The notes below the pieces were generated by a model, which searched no databases, had not been told where the DNA came from, and saw only the letters and a program-made list of their open reading frames with translations. The position numbers were made by a program, and so were the translations under genes. Of a stretch of 64,000 nt of DNA, positions 60,177-64,000 are shown piece after piece; within the stretch, counting starts at the first letter, position 1; the number at the start of each line of letters is the position of its first letter. The DNA lies in NCBI GenBank assembly GCA_965238005.1, contig OZ250165.1:3584001-3648000 (forward strand), in the 5' to 3' direction. The DNA is from Longimicrobiales bacterium. GTDB taxonomy: Bacteria; Gemmatimonadota; Gemmatimonadetes; Longimicrobiales; Gaopeijiaceae.

Positions 60177-60968
60177 CTACGTTTGCGCGGCCTTTTCGGC
60201 CGTCATCAGAACCGCCTTTACGCCGTGGGCCTCCGCGGAGTTCTGCGTGGACTGCTTTCGGAACCGGAAGGTCGGGACAACAGCAGATTTCACGCGGCTG
60301 AACCCGGACTCTTCCAGGAGCCTGAACATCTCTCCTTCCAGGAGAGCACCTCCGATTCAGGCCGCCCAGAGCTTGGGGTCATTCACGATAGATTGAGGGA
60401 GCTGCTTGCCGCTGACGATGTCCGTGATCGAGATCCGCCCGCCGGGCTTCAGGACACGGAACATCTCCTCCATCACCCGCCGCTTCCGGAACGAGAGATT
60501 GATGACTCCGTTGGAGATGACGACGTTCACCGACTCGTCGGGGAGGGGGATGTCTTCCATCCTGCCTTCGTGGCACTCCATCTCGGAGCCGGTGGCCGTG
60601 GCGTGCGCCTGAGCCCTCAAGCACATGTATGGGTTGAGGTCGACGCCGATCACCTTCCCCGTAGGCCCCGCACTCCATGAAGCGATGATCGCGTCGAGCC
60701 CGGCTCCGCTCCCCAGGTCGAGAACCGTCTCGCCGGGCTGGACGTTGCTGCGGAGGTGGGGGTTGCCTACCCCGGCGAAGGAAGCGACGGCGCCGGGTGG
60801 GGCCCGATCGAGCCAGTCGGACTGATAGCCGAAGAGCTCTGCGGCCTGCCGCCCGTGGAAGAAGTGGAACTCACCTTCAGGGTGGTCCGCCACGTCCTGA
60901 TACATGCGGACAATCTCGTCCTTGAGGAACTCCTCGAGTGATTCCTGGGCTTCAACAGCGTCCGCCAT
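60177..60968 (-). CDS. ArsM-like SAM-dependent methyltransferase, probable selenoprotein (UGA at codon 204; 263 aa)
   Basis: VLDLGSGAGLD SAM motif. TGA at 60357-60359 sits in LWAA-U-IGGAL, where ArsM has Cys, and the frame stays open and protein-like for 59 more codons. Confidence 0.8.
60330..60346 (-). promoter_or_regulatory. Putative bacterial SECIS hairpin
   Basis: CUCUCCU-GGA-AGGAGAG, a perfect 7-bp stem starting 10 nt after the UGA, with G first in the loop. Confidence 0.65.
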
Positions 60969-61028
60969 ATGGTCTCTCCTGGTCGCACGGCCGTCTGGCC
61001 GCCGGTTCGTGGCTCACGCCACCCTACC

Positions 61029-61800
61029 CTACGACTCGGGGCCGTGCAAGGCAGGGGAGTGGTCACTGGCCACCAGATCGAGGACGCCATCGTCCAGAGC
61101 CTGCCACAACGCTTCTCGGTGTCGGGCCTCCCGGATGGGAGGTGCGCACTTGAAGTTGGTGGCCCCGTCGGGCACCTCCTCGGCCGCGAATGTGAGGTAG
61201 TGGGGACACGTCTCGGCGGTCACCGGGAGTCCGCGGCCGCGGGCCTCGGCGAGCACGTCGGCCGTCTCAGCCGCCGATACGTGGACCACGTGCACCGCCG
61301 CGCTCGTCTCCGCGGAGAGCCGTACGAGGGCGGCAACGGCCTGTGTCTCCGCACTTGTAGCCCAGCACCCCGGCGTCCCGGAGCGGCGCGAGCTGGTCCC
61401 GATTGGCTGGCACGACGCCGCCCCAGACCCCGTAGTCCACCCAGCAGCGCCCCTCAGCGGCAGCCGTCTTGGCCTTCAGCGCGGCTGGCCTGGTGGTGAC
61501 CGGGCTGCTGTTGAGCGGCATGTCCCCCAGGGTCGTGATGCCGCCTGCCGCCGCCGCTTTGGTAGCCGTTTCGAAGCCTTCCCAGTTGGCGCGTCCCGGG
61601 TCATTGACGTGAACGTGTGAGTCCACCAGGCCGGGCATGACCATGGCGTCGCCTGGGTCCAGGTGGGGCGCGTCCGGGGTCGGAGTGCTCGGGGGCTCGA
61701 CCGCCACGACGACCCCGCCGGAAACCACGACGGATCCCGGGCGGACCCCCTCGGGTGTGACCACCCGGGAGCTGGAGACGATCAGGTCGGGCGCTTTCAT
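61029..61800 (-). pseudogene. allB: Allantoinase pseudogene with internal and C-terminal deletions
   Basis: PGLVDSHVHVNDPG..WEGFETAT..DMP, GYKC, then in another frame HVVHVS, ETCPHYL, FKCAPPIRE, ASDHSP and a premature end; far shorter than a full enzyme. Confidence 0.82.
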
Positions 61801-61871
61801 CGAAGCGAACGATGTGCCGAGGGCGGCGGAGCAGCTATAGATTCCAACAGACCCCTCCCACTCGAGAGGCC

Positions 61872-62444
61872 ATGAGCAACCCCCCTGAAGTGCGCATCGG
61901 CGTGCCGGATTGGACCCGCGAGATCGTCGACTGGGACCGGCGATACGCGTCGGACGAAGACAAGATGAGGCTCGTCATCGACCTGTCCCGCGAGAACATC
62001 CTCCGGGGCACCGGGGGGCCCTTTGGGGCCGCCGTGTTCGAGCGGGAGAGCGGAAGACTGGTCTCCGTGGGCGTGAACCAGGTCGTGCCCCTGAACAACT
62101 CCGTGCTCCACGCCGAGATCGTCGCCTTCATGCTGGCCGAGGCGGCCCTGGGCTCGTTCACCCTCGGAGAGGAGGGTATGCCGGCCCACGAGCTGGTCTC
62201 CTCGTGCGACCCCTGCGCCATGTGCTTCGCCGCCATTCTCTGGGCCGGCGTCGAGCGGGTCGTCACCGGTGCCAGCCACAAGGACGCGAAGCGGCTTTCG
62301 TTCGACGAGGGGCCCGTATTCACGCGCTCACACGAGTACATGGAAGAGCGGGGGATCGAGTTCGTGCGTGGCGTGATGCGGGCCGAGGCCCACCAGGTTT
62401 TGGAGGAGTACGGACAGCGCGGTGGGTTGGTGTACAACGGATAG
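61872..62444 (+). CDS. Zinc nucleoside/guanine deaminase (CDA fold)
   Basis: GGPFGAAV, HAEIVA, CDPCAMC and FDEG. Confidence 0.9.
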   Translation: MSNPPEVRIGVPDWTREIVDWDRRYASDEDKMRLVIDLSRENILRGTGGPFGAAVFERESGRLVSVGVNQVVPLNNSVLHAEIVAFMLAEAALGSFTLGEEGMPAHELVSSCDPCAMCFAAILWAGVERVVTGASHKDAKRLSFDEGPVFTRSHEYMEERGIEFVRGVMRAEAHQVLEEYGQRGGLVYNG

Positions 62445-62484
62445 GAAGGCCGGCACTCCCGACACGGAGCCCAGTGACCCAATA

Positions 62485-62513
62485 CGTACGATCTGACTTA
62501 AAAGATACGTACG
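62485..62513. terminator. Possible stem-loop downstream of the deaminase
   Basis: CGTACGATCT / AGAT(A)CGTACG inverted repeat with one bulge and an AT-rich loop. Confidence 0.35.
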
Positions 62514-62746
62514 CCAGGCGGGTCTAGCCCCCCGCCCTGGGGTTCGTCAGACGTCGCCTGGCCATGGCGTGCGCGACGGCCTCCTCCTGCCGCAGCCTCG
62601 TTCTGACACCTCGGAAGGCCGAGCCCTCGAAGGTCCCGATCATCACGCGGCTCAGCGCACGAGCGAAGGCTCCTTCCCGACCGCCCATCCGGCACCTAGC
62701 TTCGCGGCCAAGTTTCCGAAGTCGGGCTAGCTGCTGAGGAGCGCCC

Positions 62747-64000
62747 TTGTCACTCCAGCCGAAGGAACGGTGGGCCACCCGAATCGGCCTCGTCCTGGCC
62801 ATGGCCGGGAACGCCGTCGGGCTGGGCAACTTCCTCCGCTTCCCGGTCCAGGCGGCCCAAAACGGAGGCGGGACGTTCATGATCCCGTACTTCATCTCGT
62901 TCCTGATCCTCGGTATCCCGCTCATGTGGATGGAATGGACCATCGGCCGCTTCGGAGGTCGCCAGGGTCACGGCACCGTTCCCGGCATGTTCGACCTGAT
63001 GACCGACGGGAAGCGCTCCTGGGCCAAGTATGTGGGTGTGATCGGCGTGGTGATGCCCCTCCTCATCTTCATCTACTACACGTACGTGGTGTCGTGGATG
63101 TTGGGCTTCAGTTTCTTGAGCCTCACGGGTGGGTACTTCGGGTTGGGGGACGTGGGCGGGATGCGGGACTACGTGTACTCGTACCAGGACGTTTTCGAAT
63201 CGTCCGCGCACGGTCCCTGGATCACCATCCTCTTCTTCATGGTCACGCTGGCCTTCCTCGCAGCCGTGCTCCGGCGGGGTGTGAGTCGAGGCATCGAGAA
63301 GCTGGCGCTGATCGGCATGCCGATCCTGTTTCTCTTCGCCATCGTCCTCCTGATCCGGGTCCTCACGTTGCCGCGGGCCATGGCCTCGCCCATCGACGGG
63401 CTCAACTTCATCTGGAACCCGGACTGGGCCGGCCTCCTCAACGCGCGAGTCTGGCTGGCGGCGGCCGGGCAGATGTTCTTCACCCTCTCCCTGGGCGTCG
63501 GAACGATTCACACGTATGCGTCGTTCCTGAGGAAGGAGGACGACATCACGCTGGCCGGCCTGTCCACGGCCACCACGAACGAATTCGCGGAAGTGGTCCT
63601 GGGCGGGACAATCGCGATCCCCGCCGCCATCGTCTTCTTCGGAATGGACGAGACCCTCGCCATTGCCCGCGACGGGACGTACGACCTGGCCATAGTAGCC
63701 ATGGGCAGCGTCTTCCCCGTGCTGCCCGGGCCGCAGCTCACGTCACAGCTCTTCGGACTACTATGGTTCGCGCTGCTCTTCATCGCAGGCATCACCTCGA
63801 GCGTGGCGCTGGCCAGCCCGGCCATCGCATTCCTTCGGGACGAGTTCCAGATGAGCCGCGACCGGGCGGTCGGTATCGTCATGGCGATCGCCGCCGCCGT
63901 CGGCCTCCTCCACGTCGCGTTCTACACGCGGGGCTTTCTGGCCGAGTGGGACTACTGGATCGGAACCTTCGGCCTCGTATTGTTCGCCACCATCGAGGTA
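62747..64000 (+). CDS. Sodium-dependent transporter, NSS/SLC6 (LeuT-like); truncated by window end
   Basis: TTG start after GAGGAG; ERWATRIGLVLAMAGNAVGLGNFLRFP, GQMFFTLSLG, TTNEFAEV and AGITSS. Missing from the ORF track because no stop is reached. Confidence 0.93.
   Translation, partial: MSLQPKERWATRIGLVLAMAGNAVGLGNFLRFPVQAAQNGGGTFMIPYFISFLILGIPLMWMEWTIGRFGGRQGHGTVPGMFDLMTDGKRSWAKYVGVIGVVMPLLIFIYYTYVVSWMLGFSFLSLTGGYFGLGDVGGMRDYVYSYQDVFESSAHGPWITILFFMVTLAFLAAVLRRGVSRGIEKLALIGMPILFLFAIVLLIRVLTLPRAMASPIDGLNFIWNPDWAGLLNARVWLAAAGQMFFTLSLGVGTIHTYASFLRKEDDITLAGLSTATTNEFAEVVLGGTIAIPAAIVFFGMDETLAIARDGTYDLAIVAMGSVFPVLPGPQLTSQLFGLLWFALLFIAGITSSVALASPAIAFLRDEFQMSRDRAVGIVMAIAAAVGLLHVAFYTRGFLAEWDYWIGTFGLVLFATIEV

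Noticed and set aside
62524..62700. Small minus-strand ORF between the deaminase and the transporter
   Set aside because: No convincing start, RBS or motif; cannot be supported.

Overview
High-GC bacterial window (lineage not determinable from sequence alone; gene content would fit Gemmatimonadota or Acidobacteriota, inference only). From left to right: (1) a complete IS1182-family element with perfect 17-bp inverted repeats and a CTAG duplication, inserted into a decayed amidohydrolase gene; (2) two tandem copies of an uncharacterised DUF1592-type di-heme protein / DUF1552 / ankyrin triad with patchy near-identity between copies; (3) peptidases; (4) a small bacteriocin-like island with two double-glycine-type precursor peptides that align without gaps and share C23/C53, an ABC pair, a broken C39-peptidase ABC exporter and a membrane protein; (5) an intact, translationally coupled ~20 kb pfaD-pfaA-pfaBC-oleA-oleB-oleC-oleD-PPTase operon (polyunsaturated fatty acyl synthase linked to head-to-head olefin synthesis); (6) housekeeping genes mixed with about a dozen gene remnants, including a micro-inversion and a 15-bp VNTR; (7) a probable selenoprotein methyltransferase (in-frame UGA at the ArsM Cys position plus a SECIS-like hairpin); (8) a LeuT-like transporter running off the right end. 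No rRNA, tRNA or CRISPR array was seen. All family calls come from motif recognition, not database searches.
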